Shown: piece by piece, positions 36,443 to 47,168 of the stretch | Numbering within the stretch: position 1 is the stretch's first letter | How the letters are laid out: each line of letters opens with the position of its first letter | Assembly: GCA_021801345.1 (NCBI GenBank) | Contig: JAJYYA010000022.1 | Location: 1,594-65,593, forward strand | DNA: 64,000 bases | Reading direction: 5' to 3' | Origin: Nitrospirota bacterium | GTDB taxonomy: Bacteria; Nitrospirota; Leptospirillia; Leptospirillales; Leptospirillaceae | The notes under the pieces: generated by a model | Told to the model about the DNA's origin: nothing | Seen by the model: the letters and a program-made list of their open reading frames with translations, nothing else | The model's database searches: none | Position numbers and translations under genes: made by a program

Positions 36443-36592
36443 ATGGACACCGTCATCCCGCTTCTCTTCGGAATCCTCAGCATCATGGGGTTCACCCTTG
36501 TCACCGCCCTTCTCTACCTTATCGTTCGGCCCGTTCATGCCGTCGCGCGGGAGGACTACGCTCACCCGAGCAGGAAGCACCTCGCTCCGTGA
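36443..36592 (+). CDS. 49-aa single-TM small protein
   Basis: ATG with strong SD AAAGGAGG 6 nt upstream. The product MDTVIPLLFGILSIMGFTLVTALLYLIVRP... has one clear TM helix. Its 3' end overlaps the convergent coaX 3' end by 31 nt. Confidence 0.45.
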   Translation: MDTVIPLLFGILSIMGFTLVTALLYLIVRPVHAVAREDYAHPSRKHLAP

Positions 36593-37344
36593 TGGAGAAT
36601 CTGGCGGGAGACTATGGGCGCTCCGGAGAAAAAACGCGCGAGAAGGGGTGCGAGCCCCCCCGTCAGGACAAGTGGCAGGGGCGTTCCCGACTCCTTCTCC
36701 GCCCGTTGTCTGAGCCCTTCCACCGCCGCCACCGTTCCCAGCACCGTTCCCGCCAGAACCCCTTCCCGGGTCCCCCTTCCCAGTGCCGAGACCCGCCTGA
36801 GATCCGCGGTCCTGATCGGGCCCTCTCCCAAACTTCCGAGTGGCGTCCCCGTGAGAACCCGTCCGGCCCCGACCGCCCCCTGCATGAGAGAAATTCCCGG
36901 AAGAATCGCCCCGCCGACGAGTCGCCCCCGGCACAGGACCGTCGTCACCGTGTGGGTTCCCAAGTCGGCCACCATGAAGCTCTCCCCGAGCCGGCCGCCA
37001 AGTCGGAAGCGCGCCCCCCAGACCGCCGCCGCCCGGTCGGCCCCCAGAGAGGCGGCCGGCTGGTAGTCGATGGGGAAGGGGGCTCTCGATGCCTCGAAGA
37101 GGTCCAGGGAGCAGCCAAAGATCCGTTGCCACTCGCTCAGAAGGACCGGGGTCAGGTCGGGAACGACCGAGACGAGGACCCCCGGAACCCTCTTCGGGAA
37201 CCGTCCGGGCCAGAGCCCCGGAAGAAGGACTGAAACCTCCTCCGGCCTCTCCTTTTTGGGCGTCGGCAAAGCCCTCATCGCCACAATCCCCGAGGCGCCG
37301 TGGAGGGCGACGGAGAGTCGCGACAGCCCCACCTTGACCGTCAC
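36562..37344 (-). CDS. coaX: type III pantothenate kinase
   Basis: GTG at 37344; the alternative is TTG at 37380. Motifs: VADLGTHTVTT, SLGADRAAA, and GGLAPLL near the C-terminus. The birA-coaX neighbourhood is typical. Confidence 0.75.
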   Translation of the reverse strand: MTVKVGLSRLSVALHGASGIVAMRALPTPKKERPEEVSVLLPGLWPGRFPKRVPGVLVSVVPDLTPVLLSEWQRIFGCSLDLFEASRAPFPIDYQPAASLGADRAAAVWGARFRLGGRLGESFMVADLGTHTVTTVLCRGRLVGGAILPGISLMQGAVGAGRVLTGTPLGSLGEGPIRTADLRRVSALGRGTREGVLAGTVLGTVAAVEGLRQRAEKESGTPLPLVLTGGLAPLLARFFSGAPIVSRQILHHGARCFLLG

Positions 37345-37372
37345 CGCCGTGATCCCCCCGAACGGGTCCCGT

Positions 37373-38215
37373 CTAGCCAAGGGCCTTCTCCCCTCCCTCG
37401 AGAAGACGAAGTCTTCTGACATGGGGCGGCAGGAGCCGGATCCCGCCGCCAGGGGATTCGACCTCGAGAGATCCGTCTGTGGCAAGCCCCGCGATCCGTC
37501 CCAGGACCGGCACCGTCTCCCCGTCTGAGAGGGCGCAGACGACCCAGCGCCCCTTCCAGAGAAGATGGCGGTCGAGGCGGTCCCTGAGGACCGCCTCCCC
37601 CTCTTCAAGGAGACGGCGAAGGCTCTTTGCAAGACGAACGGAAAGCGACAGGGGGGTGAGGGAGGGAGAGGACGGGAGAACCGCAGGCGGGAGGGCGGAG
37701 GAGGAAAGCGCCCGGGAGCCCTCGCGTGCCATATTGAGTCCGATGCCCGCGATATGGCCGAGCAGGACGCCATTGATTCGAAGCTGTTCGACCAGGATCC
37801 CGCCGACCTTTCCCGGGCCCTGTTCCCCCTCCGGCCGGGATATTTTCTCGAGGACGAGGTCGTTTGGGTATTTCCAGCGAATCGCTCCACCGGAGATCCC
37901 GTCGAGCGCCTCGAGACAGGCTCCCGTAACATAGAGAGAAAGCGGCAGGGTCCCGGATCCCGCCCCCACCGGGAGCCACACGCTCATCGCAAGATCTCCC
38001 CGGAGGCTCGTCCAGACGTTCCCGGGACGTCCCCTTCCCCGGGTCTGGCTCCCGCACAGAAGGGCGGTAAAAGGGGGAGCCCCCTGCGCAAGGATCCTCT
38101 CCCGCAAAACCTCGTTGGTCGAGGTCAGCTCTCTGGCAAAGAAGACGGGCGGATCGGGAGAGATCTGGCGGAGGCGAATGGGCGGGGGCCCCTCCCCCGG
38201 AAAGTCCCCGTTCAC
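37373..38215 (-). CDS. birA: biotin-[acetyl-CoA-carboxylase] ligase (no N-terminal HTH)
   Basis: SQTRGRGRPGNVWTS (the GRGRxGxxW motif) and KYPNDL. Confidence 0.85.
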   Translation of the reverse strand: MNGDFPGEGPPPIRLRQISPDPPVFFARELTSTNEVLRERILAQGAPPFTALLCGSQTRGRGRPGNVWTSLRGDLAMSVWLPVGAGSGTLPLSLYVTGACLEALDGISGGAIRWKYPNDLVLEKISRPEGEQGPGKVGGILVEQLRINGVLLGHIAGIGLNMAREGSRALSSSALPPAVLPSSPSLTPLSLSVRLAKSLRRLLEEGEAVLRDRLDRHLLWKGRWVVCALSDGETVPVLGRIAGLATDGSLEVESPGGGIRLLPPHVRRLRLLEGGEKALG

Positions 38216-38222
38216 GCCCCCC

Positions 38223-39104
38223 TCATCCGCGAAAGTCCAGTCGAAGAGAGAGGTCCCCCGGAGAGTGGGTCAGCGCCCCCACAGAGCAGACATCGAGGTC
38301 GACTGTCGCAAGAAGGCGGACCTTGTCGAGAGTGAGACCGCCCGAGGCCTCGAGAACGACCGTCTCCCGGAGGCGTCGGAGCTCGGGAACAAGCTCCGCC
38401 ATCCTCTCTGCGGACATATTGTCGAGAAGGACGATGTCGGCTCCGGCATGGACCGCCTCCCGCGCCTGCTCCGGCGTATCGGCCTCCACCTCGATCCGAT
38501 AGGGATGGGGCGCCCCCTGGCGCGCGAGGGCCACGGCCTTGGCGACACCGCCCGTACCCACGAGGTGGTTGTCCTTGATCAGGATCCCGGATGAGAGCGA
38601 AGAACGGTGGGAGTGTCCGCCTCCGAGTCGAACGGCATGCTTTTGAAAAAGTCGCAGGCCGGGAAGGGTCTTTCGCGTCTCGGTGATCCGGAGATCCCTC
38701 ATTCCGGGGGGACGAAGTCTTGCGACCTCCGAGACGTAGCGCCGGGTGGTTGTGGCGATGGCCGAGAGGTGCTTGAGGAGGTTGAGGGAGAGACGTTCTC
38801 CCGCAAGAACCTCAAGGATGGGCCCCCTGAAAACGGCCAGCGTCTCCCCCGACGCGAAGGACTCCCCCTCGGCCCGGGACCACTCGACCGTCACCGCTCC
38901 CCCGAGAAGAACGAAGAGGCGCGAGACCAGAAAGGCCCCGGCCAGGACCCCGCCCTCCTCGGAGACGAGGGCGGCCTCGATCGGGCGATTGGTCTTAGGC
39001 GTTCCGAAGAAGAGTCGGCTCGTCAGGTCCCCCTCGGGGAGATCCTCCTCGAGGAAGCCCGCAAGGATCCGGTCGACCGTCGACGGGAGGAGCCCCTCGA
39101 TCAT
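38223..39104 (-). CDS. nadC: nicotinate-nucleotide pyrophosphorylase (carboxylating)
   Basis: ERLSLNLLKHLSAIATTT, TRKTLPGLR, HRSSLSSGILIKDNH and LEASGG. Confidence 0.9.
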   Translation of the reverse strand: MIEGLLPSTVDRILAGFLEEDLPEGDLTSRLFFGTPKTNRPIEAALVSEEGGVLAGAFLVSRLFVLLGGAVTVEWSRAEGESFASGETLAVFRGPILEVLAGERLSLNLLKHLSAIATTTRRYVSEVARLRPPGMRDLRITETRKTLPGLRLFQKHAVRLGGGHSHRSSLSSGILIKDNHLVGTGGVAKAVALARQGAPHPYRIEVEADTPEQAREAVHAGADIVLLDNMSAERMAELVPELRRLRETVVLEASGGLTLDKVRLLATVDLDVCSVGALTHSPGDLSLRLDFRG

Positions 39105-41785
39105 CGCCCCCCTCCGGACAGGAAGTCCCGGACCTGATCCCGGGCGGCGAGGAGTCCCTCCTTCTCCTCTTCCAGCGAGACAACGAGGGCCCGATCCTTC
39201 TCGACCACCTCGGGGGGGGCCTTCCGGACAAAGTCCTCCCGGGAAAGGCGTCCCGAGACCTCCGCGATCTTGGCCTCGACACGCGCCACCTCCCGGTCGA
39301 GCCGGGCGGCCTCCTTGGCAAAATCGACGAGGTCCCCCAGATCAAGGACCAGATGTCCGTCCCGAAAGGGGGCCCGCAGTCCCTTTCCAAGGGGGGAGGA
39401 GGAGGGAACAACGCGGGCGAGGCGTCGGAGAAAGGGCCAGAGCGCGTCCGGAGAAAGACTGGGGTCGGAAAGTACCAGTTCCGCCGGGATCTCCTGGGTG
39501 GGAGGGATCTTCATGACAGTCCGGATCTGCCGGACGGAGCCGACCATGGTCCGGACCCGCTCGAAGGCCTCGGGAGCTTCTCCCGGAAGGACCGGCAGGC
39601 CAAGCAGTGCCGGGAAGGAACCCACCGAGGCATTGTCGAAGCCGAAGATCCGGGAGAGCTCCTCCGTGACGAAGGGAAGGAAGGGGTGCGCCAGGTCGAG
39701 AAGGGCCGCCCCCACCGTCAGGAGAGTCGACATCGTCTCCTGTCGGAGAGGATTTTGGGGGTCCCGGTCGGCATCGGTCTTCGCCGCCTCGAGATACCAG
39801 TCGCAGAAAAGGCTCCAGGTAAAGCGGTAGACGAGAAGGGCCGCCTCGTCGACCCGATAGTTCTCCATGGCCTCCCGGTACTCTCGCTCCGTACGGACAA
39901 GCTCGGAAAGGATCCACCGGTTGGCAATTCCCCGGACCGACCCGGGATCGGACAGAAGCGGAGTTCCCCGAGGTACCGTCCGGGAGATGAAGCGAAAGGC
40001 GTTCCAGAGCTTCGAGACAAAGTTTCGCGAGGCCTCCACCCGGTCGATGGAGAGGCGGATGTCGCGCCCCGGTGTAGCGAGAAGTGCGAGCGAGAGCCGG
40101 AAGGCGTCGGTTCCGAAGCGTTCCATGAGCTCGAGCGGGTCGACCACATTCCCCCGGCTCTTCGTCATCTTCTGACCGAACTCGTCCCGAACGAGGGCAT
40201 GGATATAGACGTCCCGGAAGGGAACGCGATCGGTCAGGTAGAGCCCCATCATGATCATCCGGGCCACCCAGAAAAAGAGAATATCGAAGCCGGTGACGAG
40301 AAGGGAGGTCGGGTAGAAGCGGGCGAGATCCGGCGTCTCCTCCGGCCAGCCAAGGGTTGCAAAGGGCCAGAGCGCCGAGGAGAACCATGTGTCGAGAACG
40401 TCGGGGTCCCGGACGAGGGAGGCGCTTAGGCAGGCGGGACAGACGGCTGGGTCCTCCCTGAGGACGGCCAGGTGGCCGCAGTCGTTGCAGCTCCAAGCCG
40501 GGATACGGTGGCCCCACCAGATCTGCCGCGAGACGCACCAGTCGCGGATGTTGTCGATCCACTCGTAGTAGGTCTTCTGCCAGGAGGAGGGAAAGAAGCG
40601 GATCTCCCCTTCCGAGACCGCAAGCCTCGCCCGGGCAGCCAGGGGAGCCATCTTGACAAACCATTGGAGGGAGAGCCTGGGCTCGACCTCCGTCTGGCAG
40701 CGGTAGCAGACTCCCGCCGCCAGCGAGTAGGGCTCCCGGCGATCGAGATGTTCGTCCGATTCGAGCACCTCGAGGGCACGCTCTCGGGCCTTCTCCCGGG
40801 AAAGCCCCGAGAGGGGACCGGCCAAGGCATTCATCATCCCGTCGGCCTCCATGACGGAGAGAGTCCCAAGCCCATGACGACTCCCGATCTCGAAGTCGAC
40901 CATCGAGTGGCTCGGGGTGATCTTCAGGACCCCCGTTCCGAAGGCCGGATCGACGGCGGTGTCGGCGACAACCGGGATGATCCGGTCGGTCATGGGAACA
41001 CGGACGCTCCGCCCCACCCAGCCCCCATAACGGGAGTCGTCGGGATGGACCGCCAGGGCCAAGTCCGCCACGATCGTCTCGGGACGCGTCGTGGCGACGA
41101 CAAGACTCTCCCCGGAGCCTCCATGATCGGGATAGCGCACATAGACAAGCTCCCCCTCCCTGTCGACATGGGTCACCTCCACATCGGAAAGAGCCGTCAG
41201 ACATCGGGGACACCAGTGGATCATACGCTCCGCCCGGTAGAGCGCCCCGTCCTCGTAGAGACGGACAAAGACCTCCCGAACGGCACGGGAGAAGCCCGGA
41301 TCCATGGTAAACCTCTCGTGATCCCAGGAAAGAGAGGCGCCAAGACGCCGGATCTGCTCTCCGATTCCCGAGCCGATCGACTCCTTCCAGGCCCAGACCC
41401 GGGAGACGAACTCCTCCCGTCCGAGCGTCTTGAAGTCGACACCCTCCGCGCGAAGTTTTTTCTCGACCACATTTTGTGCGGCGATCCCCGCATGGTCCAC
41501 CCCGGGGACCCAAAGCACATCCTGCCCGGCCATCCGCCGATAGCGCGCCGCCACGTCCTGGATCGTCAGGTTAAGGGCGTGTCCCATATGAAGACGCCCG
41601 GTAATATTGGGGGGGGGAACCACCATCGAAAAGGGGGCACCCGCAGGATTTCTGGGGGGAAGCCCCCCTCCGGAGAGGATCCGGGCCTCAACCCGGGTCG
41701 AGTCGAAGCGCGGGGGGAAGCTGTCGGAGTCGTCGGCAGAGGCCGCATCGTCGAAAAGAGAATCATCCATAACGGTTCGTTCCAT
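39101..41785 (-). CDS. valS: valine-tRNA ligase
   Basis: 894 aa with PPPNITGRLHMGHAL (HIGH), KMTKSRGN (KMSKS), and a C-terminal coiled coil. Confidence 0.95.
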   Translation of the reverse strand: MERTVMDDSLFDDAASADDSDSFPPRFDSTRVEARILSGGGLPPRNPAGAPFSMVVPPPNITGRLHMGHALNLTIQDVAARYRRMAGQDVLWVPGVDHAGIAAQNVVEKKLRAEGVDFKTLGREEFVSRVWAWKESIGSGIGEQIRRLGASLSWDHERFTMDPGFSRAVREVFVRLYEDGALYRAERMIHWCPRCLTALSDVEVTHVDREGELVYVRYPDHGGSGESLVVATTRPETIVADLALAVHPDDSRYGGWVGRSVRVPMTDRIIPVVADTAVDPAFGTGVLKITPSHSMVDFEIGSRHGLGTLSVMEADGMMNALAGPLSGLSREKARERALEVLESDEHLDRREPYSLAAGVCYRCQTEVEPRLSLQWFVKMAPLAARARLAVSEGEIRFFPSSWQKTYYEWIDNIRDWCVSRQIWWGHRIPAWSCNDCGHLAVLREDPAVCPACLSASLVRDPDVLDTWFSSALWPFATLGWPEETPDLARFYPTSLLVTGFDILFFWVARMIMMGLYLTDRVPFRDVYIHALVRDEFGQKMTKSRGNVVDPLELMERFGTDAFRLSLALLATPGRDIRLSIDRVEASRNFVSKLWNAFRFISRTVPRGTPLLSDPGSVRGIANRWILSELVRTEREYREAMENYRVDEAALLVYRFTWSLFCDWYLEAAKTDADRDPQNPLRQETMSTLLTVGAALLDLAHPFLPFVTEELSRIFGFDNASVGSFPALLGLPVLPGEAPEAFERVRTMVGSVRQIRTVMKIPPTQEIPAELVLSDPSLSPDALWPFLRRLARVVPSSSPLGKGLRAPFRDGHLVLDLGDLVDFAKEAARLDREVARVEAKIAEVSGRLSREDFVRKAPPEVVEKDRALVVSLEEEKEGLLAARDQVRDFLSGGGR

Positions 41786-41803
41786 TTCTTGAAGAGTGTT
41801 GGG

Positions 41804-42853
41804 TTATTTCGTTGCCCGGAGGGCCGCCTCACGGGCGGCCCGTCGCTTGTTTTTCATGATCCGGGAGATGGCGCGGTCGTGATCTGCCAGCGTCCGAGAA
41901 AAGATCGAGGGGGTTCCCGGACCCGCCGAGACAAAGTAGAAATAGGGAACTTTTTCGGCAAAAAGCACGGCATGCAGGGCTTCGGCCCCGGGATTGGAGA
42001 TGGGTGTGGGGGGAAGACCGTTGCGCAGATAGGTGTTGTAGGGGGAGTCGATCTTGAGGTCTGCCGCCGAAAGCCTGTGATGGCCCGGCATCACATAGAG
42101 GATCGTGGGATCGCTCTGAAGCTTCATTCCGCTCGCAAGACGGTTGAGAAAGACTCCGGCGACCAAGGGCATGTCCTTCGCCGTCCCGGCCTCCTTCTGG
42201 ACGATCGATGCTAGGATCACCGCCTGGGCGAGAGAGAGCCCCTGAAGGGACGCCTGGTGTTGCCATGCAGGAGTCACGACATGCCAGAAGCGCGAGACCA
42301 TCATCGTCAGCACCTCGCGGGGTGAGGTGCCCCGGGAAAAGTAGTAGGTGTTCGGAAAAAGGTAGCCCTCAAGCGAGGTCGAGGGAACCCGAAGGCGGCC
42401 GATAAAGGCCGGGTCGCTCATGAGCGACAGATCCCGGTCCATCGTCCCGATGCCCAGGCGTGCCATCCGGGCGGCCACCTGGGCCACGGTGAAGCCTTCC
42501 GGAACGGTCAGACGACGGTAGTAGCGCTGACCTTCGACAAGATTCCAGAAGATCCGGAAGGGACGATCCTCTCCCGAGATCTCGTAGTCGCCCTCGCGAA
42601 TGGCCCGGGAGATCCCTAAGAGATCCCCCCAGAGGATCACCGTCTCCGGCTTTGTAATCACCCCCCGCCGGGCCAAGGCCCCGACGACGTTCCGGAAGGG
42701 GGTGCCGTGGGAGACGGTCAGGAGAAAGGGGGGACCGGAGAAATCGCTCCGGCCAAAGAAGGCCTCCGCCGACCAAAGGAGAAAAAGAAGAAGGCCCCCC
42801 AGAAAGACAAGCATCCCCTTCCTGAAAAGACTCATGGCGGAAGAAAGCCTCAT
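41804..42853 (-). CDS. mltG: endolytic murein transglycosylase MltG (YceG-like)
   Basis: N-terminal anchor, ILASIVQKEAG, GVFLNRL, LQSDPT, and SPYNTYLRNGLPPTPISNPG. Confidence 0.88.
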   Translation of the reverse strand: MRLSSAMSLFRKGMLVFLGGLLLFLLWSAEAFFGRSDFSGPPFLLTVSHGTPFRNVVGALARRGVITKPETVILWGDLLGISRAIREGDYEISGEDRPFRIFWNLVEGQRYYRRLTVPEGFTVAQVAARMARLGIGTMDRDLSLMSDPAFIGRLRVPSTSLEGYLFPNTYYFSRGTSPREVLTMMVSRFWHVVTPAWQHQASLQGLSLAQAVILASIVQKEAGTAKDMPLVAGVFLNRLASGMKLQSDPTILYVMPGHHRLSAADLKIDSPYNTYLRNGLPPTPISNPGAEALHAVLFAEKVPYFYFVSAGPGTPSIFSRTLADHDRAISRIMKNKRRAAREAALRATK

Positions 42854-43326
42854 CGTCCCCTCCCGGATCCGTTCGCCCAGGAGCCGACCGGATCTCCCAA
42901 GGTTTCCCGGGAATCCAGAACGCCCTGCAGGAGCGTCGCCGCCGCCAGATGGTCGAGGGGGTCACGCCGTCTGCGGCTCCCTCCGTACGCATTCCGGATC
43001 TCCCGGGCCGCCTCCGAGCTCTGCCCTTCGTCGACAAAAAAAACGGGAAGGGAGAGGGCGCAAGCGAGCGCCTCTCCGGCCAAACGAAAAAGAGGGGCGT
43101 GCGGGTTCGGATCTCCGCTCAGATGGTAATAGGGGACGCCGAAGACCAGCCCCGAGACCTCATGGAGGAGGGCGAGATTCAAAAGAGCCGCCACGACCTC
43201 CTCCCCCTCCGAAAGGGGGATCTCCCCCGATCCGGTGCGACGGAGCACGACGAGGGGGCGGGCCAGAGTCCGGGAGGGATCCGACAGGGCGACCCCGACC
43301 CGGCGGCCCCCCCAGTCGAGCCCCAT
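42850..43326 (-). CDS. ruvX: Holliday junction resolvase-like RuvX (YqgF)
   Basis: MGLDWGGRRVGVALSD... and FVDEGQSSEAA. A GTG start at 43350/43353 is also possible. Confidence 0.8.
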   Translation of the reverse strand: MGLDWGGRRVGVALSDPSRTLARPLVVLRRTGSGEIPLSEGEEVVAALLNLALLHEVSGLVFGVPYYHLSGDPNPHAPLFRLAGEALACALSLPVFFVDEGQSSEAAREIRNAYGGSRRRRDPLDHLAAATLLQGVLDSRETLGDPVGSWANGSGRGR

Positions 43327-43354
43327 AAGGGCTCCCGGCAGACGGACCACGGCG

Positions 43355-46009
43355 CTAGGATCCGCCTTGGGCGTTTTCGGCCGCATCGCGCATGGCAGAG
43401 CGAATCTCCCGAAGAAAGTCCGGCCAGGAAGGCGGGGGAGAGCCTCCGCCCTCCGCCCAGAGCGGGCGGCCGCCTCCGCGCCCCCCCAGCGTCTGGGCCA
43501 TGGTGCGCACCCAGACATTGACGGGGAAGCGTTTTTCCAGGTCGGAGGAGGCCCACCCGAGGAGAAGGACCCGGTCTCCTCCGGAGCGGCCGGCAAGGAT
43601 CACCGCCCCTTTGGGGATCCGCCCCTTCAGGATATCCATCCGAAGCCTCAGGTCGGCCAGATCCCGGCATTCGATATCGGCCACGAGAATCCGGAGCCCG
43701 CCTGCCTCGAAGGAGTCGGCCAGAAGCGTCTCCGTCTCAAGATCGAAAAGCCGGGACTTGTGGCTTGCCAGCTCGCGCTCGAGCGACTCCCGCTCGGAGC
43801 GGTCTGCGGAGATCCTATCGAGGATCCGGCCCGAGGGCACCTTGAGTTCCTCCCGGATGCGGAGAAGCTCCTCGCGCCATTCGATGGCCGTCCGCGTAGC
43901 CGAAGCCCCCGCCACCGCTTCGATCCGACGGGTCCCCGCCGCCACCCCCGACTCGGAGAGAATGAAGAAGGAGCCGATCTCGGAGGTGGAGCCGGCATGG
44001 GTCCCGCCACAGAGCTCAACCGACATGCCGGGGATCTCCACGACCCTCACCCGGTCGCCGTACTTCTCGCCGAAGAAGGCCATGGCCCCTCCTGAAAGCG
44101 CTTCGGCCTTGCTCTTTTCCGAGACTCCAACCGGAGCCCCCTCGCCGATCCAGAGGTTGACCGTTGCCTCGATCTCCCGGAGTTTGCTTTCGGAAATGGG
44201 CTCTCCGTGGGAGAAGTCGAAGCGGAGACGGTCCGGGAGAACAAGGGAGCCGGCCTGCCTTACATGGGCCCCCAGAACTTTCCGGAGAGCGGCGTGCAGA
44301 AGATGCGTCGCGGTATGGTGGACACGGGCGCCGGCTCTCAGGGAGCGGTCGACCTCGAGGCGGACGGTCTCTCCGGAGGAGACCGTTCCGGTGGTCACCG
44401 TTCCGCGAAGGGCGATCCAGCCGGGGTAGGGACGATAGGCACCGGAGATCTCGACCGCCCCCCCGGGAGCGACAAGGCGGCCCCGGTCTCCCACCTGCCC
44501 TCCCCCTTCGGGATAGAAAGGAGAGACGTCGGTCACGGCCCAAATCTCCTCTCCTTCCCGGGCCGAAGGGATCTCCCGGTCTCCAGAGACAAGCAGGAGA
44601 AGGCGCCCCGAACTCTCGAGCCGCTCGTACCCTTCGAAGAGAACTGGCGCGGAGAGTCGGGAGGCGGGCACGGGAAAGGTCGGCCTCCCTCCCGTCCAGG
44701 AGCGCCGCCCCTGCTCTTTCTGCTCGCCCATGCGGGCCGTGAACCCTTCGGTGTCGAGGGTAACCCCGAGCGGGGCCGCCCAGTCCATGACAACGTCGAC
44801 GGGAATGCCGTGGGTATCGTAAAGCCAGAAAAGCTCCTCCCCCGACAAGACGGCTTCCCCCCGTTTCTTTGCGGCCTGGGCAAGTTCCTGCACGAGAGGA
44901 AGCCCGGTCTCGAGCGTCTTCATGAAACGCTCCTCCTCCGAGGCCAGGACGGAGACCACCCGGTCCATCCCCGCAGAAAGCTCCGGGTAGGGAGAGGCCA
45001 TGAGTTCGGAAAAGCGGCGGGAGAGGTCCGGGAGGAACGGGGTAGGAAGGCCGAGATCGAGGGAGAACTGCATCGCCCTTCGGATAAAACGCCTAAGGAC
45101 ATACCCCCTCCCCTCGTTGGAAGGAACAAGCCCCTCCCAGACCAGAAAGGTGCTGGCCCGGACATGGTCGGCGATCACCCGGTAGGCGAAGTCCTTCTCG
45201 CCCTTGCCCCGTCCGTAGGGGATCCGCGTATTCTTGCCAATCGCCTCCATGAGAGGAAGAAAAAGGTCGGTCTCGAAGTTGCTTTCGGCTCCCTGAAGCA
45301 CCGAGGCGAGGCGCTCGAGCCCCATCCCGGTATCGATCGAAGGGCGCGGAAGACGGGTCAGCACCCCCGCGTCGTTCCGGTCGTACTGCATGAAGACGAG
45401 ATTCCAGATCTCGAGATACCGGTCGCAGTCGCATCCGACGGCGCAGGTCGGGCGGCCGCAGGAAAAGGCCGGCCCCTGGTCGACCAAGATCTCCGAACAC
45501 GGTCCGCAGGGACCGGTGTTTCCCATCTGCCAGAAGTTGTCCTTCTCCCCCAGGCGGACGATGCGGGAGGGATCGACGCCTGCGACGCTTTTCCAGAGAG
45601 CGGCCGCCTCGTCGTCATCGGTGAAGACCGTCACCCAAAGCACAGAGGGGGAGAGCCCCACCGTCTTCGTGAGATACTCCCAAGCAAAGGCGATCGCCTC
45701 TTTCTTGAAGTAGTCTCCGAAGGAGAAGTTGCCCATCATCTCGAAGAAGGTGTGATGGCGCCGGGTAAAGCCGACACGGTCAAGATCGTTGTGTTTGCCT
45801 CCGGCCCTCACGCACCGCTGGACCGAGACGCACCGGGGAGCCGGCGGCGCCTCCGAACCGAGAAATGCGTCCTTGAAGGGCACCATCCCGGCATTGGTGA
45901 AGAGGAGCGTGGCATCCCCGGGAGGGATCAGGGAGGCGGACGGAACCCGCCTGTGCCCTGCCCCTTCAAAGAACCCGTGAAAACTTTGGCGGATACGGAG
46001 GGAGTCCAT
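43355..46009 (-). CDS. alaS: alanine-tRNA ligase
   Basis: 884 aa with FTNAGMVPFK, editing-domain HHTATHLLH, and CGGTHA. Confidence 0.95.
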   Translation of the reverse strand: MDSLRIRQSFHGFFEGAGHRRVPSASLIPPGDATLLFTNAGMVPFKDAFLGSEAPPAPRCVSVQRCVRAGGKHNDLDRVGFTRRHHTFFEMMGNFSFGDYFKKEAIAFAWEYLTKTVGLSPSVLWVTVFTDDDEAAALWKSVAGVDPSRIVRLGEKDNFWQMGNTGPCGPCSEILVDQGPAFSCGRPTCAVGCDCDRYLEIWNLVFMQYDRNDAGVLTRLPRPSIDTGMGLERLASVLQGAESNFETDLFLPLMEAIGKNTRIPYGRGKGEKDFAYRVIADHVRASTFLVWEGLVPSNEGRGYVLRRFIRRAMQFSLDLGLPTPFLPDLSRRFSELMASPYPELSAGMDRVVSVLASEEERFMKTLETGLPLVQELAQAAKKRGEAVLSGEELFWLYDTHGIPVDVVMDWAAPLGVTLDTEGFTARMGEQKEQGRRSWTGGRPTFPVPASRLSAPVLFEGYERLESSGRLLLLVSGDREIPSAREGEEIWAVTDVSPFYPEGGGQVGDRGRLVAPGGAVEISGAYRPYPGWIALRGTVTTGTVSSGETVRLEVDRSLRAGARVHHTATHLLHAALRKVLGAHVRQAGSLVLPDRLRFDFSHGEPISESKLREIEATVNLWIGEGAPVGVSEKSKAEALSGGAMAFFGEKYGDRVRVVEIPGMSVELCGGTHAGSTSEIGSFFILSESGVAAGTRRIEAVAGASATRTAIEWREELLRIREELKVPSGRILDRISADRSERESLERELASHKSRLFDLETETLLADSFEAGGLRILVADIECRDLADLRLRMDILKGRIPKGAVILAGRSGGDRVLLLGWASSDLEKRFPVNVWVRTMAQTLGGRGGGRPLWAEGGGSPPPSWPDFLREIRSAMRDAAENAQGGS

Positions 46010-46013
46010 GCGT

Positions 46014-47126
46014 CTACTCGCTCCCCCGGCGGGACGATTTGGCCGACGGCGGGGCCTCTGGCGAAGATTCCGCCTGCGGCTGGACCGGGAGGGCGGCCTT
46101 TTCGCGGATGGCCCGATCGAGGCTCTTGATCAGGTCGGGGTGGGCCTTGAGGTAGGCTTTGACGGCCTCCTTGCCCTGTCCGATCTTTTCCGTCCCGTAG
46201 GAGTACCAGGAACCGCTCTTCTCGAGGAGACCGTGCTCGACGCCAAGATCGATCAGTTCTCCGGCGGTGGAGACGCCCTCGTTGAAAGAGATGTCGAACT
46301 CCGCCTGGCGAAAGGGCGGAGCCATCTTGTTCTTGACGACCTTCACCCTCACCCGGTTGCCCAGAACATGGTCCCCCTCCTTGATCGACTCAATGCGGCG
46401 GATGTCGAGGCGCTGGGAGGCATAGAACTTGAGGGCGTTCCCTCCCGTCGTCGTCTCGGGGTTGCCGAACATCACCCCGATCTTCATGCGGATCTGGTTT
46501 ATGAAGATGACAACGGTCGAACTCTTCGAAATGGAGGAGGTGAGCTTTCTCAGAGCCTGGCTCATGAGACGGGCCTGAAGGCCCATATGGGAGTCCCCCA
46601 TCTCCCCCTCAAGTTCGGCCTTGGGCACGAGGGCCGCCACCGAGTCGACCACGATGAGGTCGAGACTTCCCGAGCGGACGAGGGTCTCGGCAATCTCGAG
46701 CGCCTGCTCCCCCGAATCCGGCTGCGCAATCAGAAGATCTTCGGTCTTGACGCCAAGTTTTCTCGCATAGCCGAGGTCCAAAGCGTGCTCGGCGTCGATA
46801 AAGGCCGCCATGCCGTTCTTCTTGTGGACCTCGGCAATGGCGTGAAGCGCCAGGGTCGTCTTCCCCGAAGACTCGGGCCCGTAGATCTCAATGATGCGCC
46901 CCTTAGGATAGCCTCCGATGCCCAGGGCAATATCGAGGGCCAAAGAGCCCGACGAGATAACCGGGGTCTCGATGATGGGGGCATCCTTCCCCATGCGCAT
47001 GATCGACCCTTTTCCGAACTGCTTCTCGATCTGGGACAGTGCAAGGTCGAGTGACCGCTGCTTGCTGGAATCCTTCTCCGTCAATTGAACCCCCACCGGG
47101 TTTGGGCGGTTGGCCGCCGAACCCAT
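46014..47126 (-). CDS. recA: recombinase RecA
   Basis: [29 protein letters not shown] and VVDSVAAL. Confidence 0.97.
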   Translation of the reverse strand: MGSAANRPNPVGVQLTEKDSSKQRSLDLALSQIEKQFGKGSIMRMGKDAPIIETPVISSGSLALDIALGIGGYPKGRIIEIYGPESSGKTTLALHAIAEVHKKNGMAAFIDAEHALDLGYARKLGVKTEDLLIAQPDSGEQALEIAETLVRSGSLDLIVVDSVAALVPKAELEGEMGDSHMGLQARLMSQALRKLTSSISKSSTVVIFINQIRMKIGVMFGNPETTTGGNALKFYASQRLDIRRIESIKEGDHVLGNRVRVKVVKNKMAPPFRQAEFDISFNEGVSTAGELIDLGVEHGLLEKSGSWYSYGTEKIGQGKEAVKAYLKAHPDLIKSLDRAIREKAALPVQPQAESSPEAPPSAKSSRRGSE

Positions 47127-47168
47127 CGCTGTTTAAATACCGGAGGCGCATGCGCCCCTCCGGGTGAC

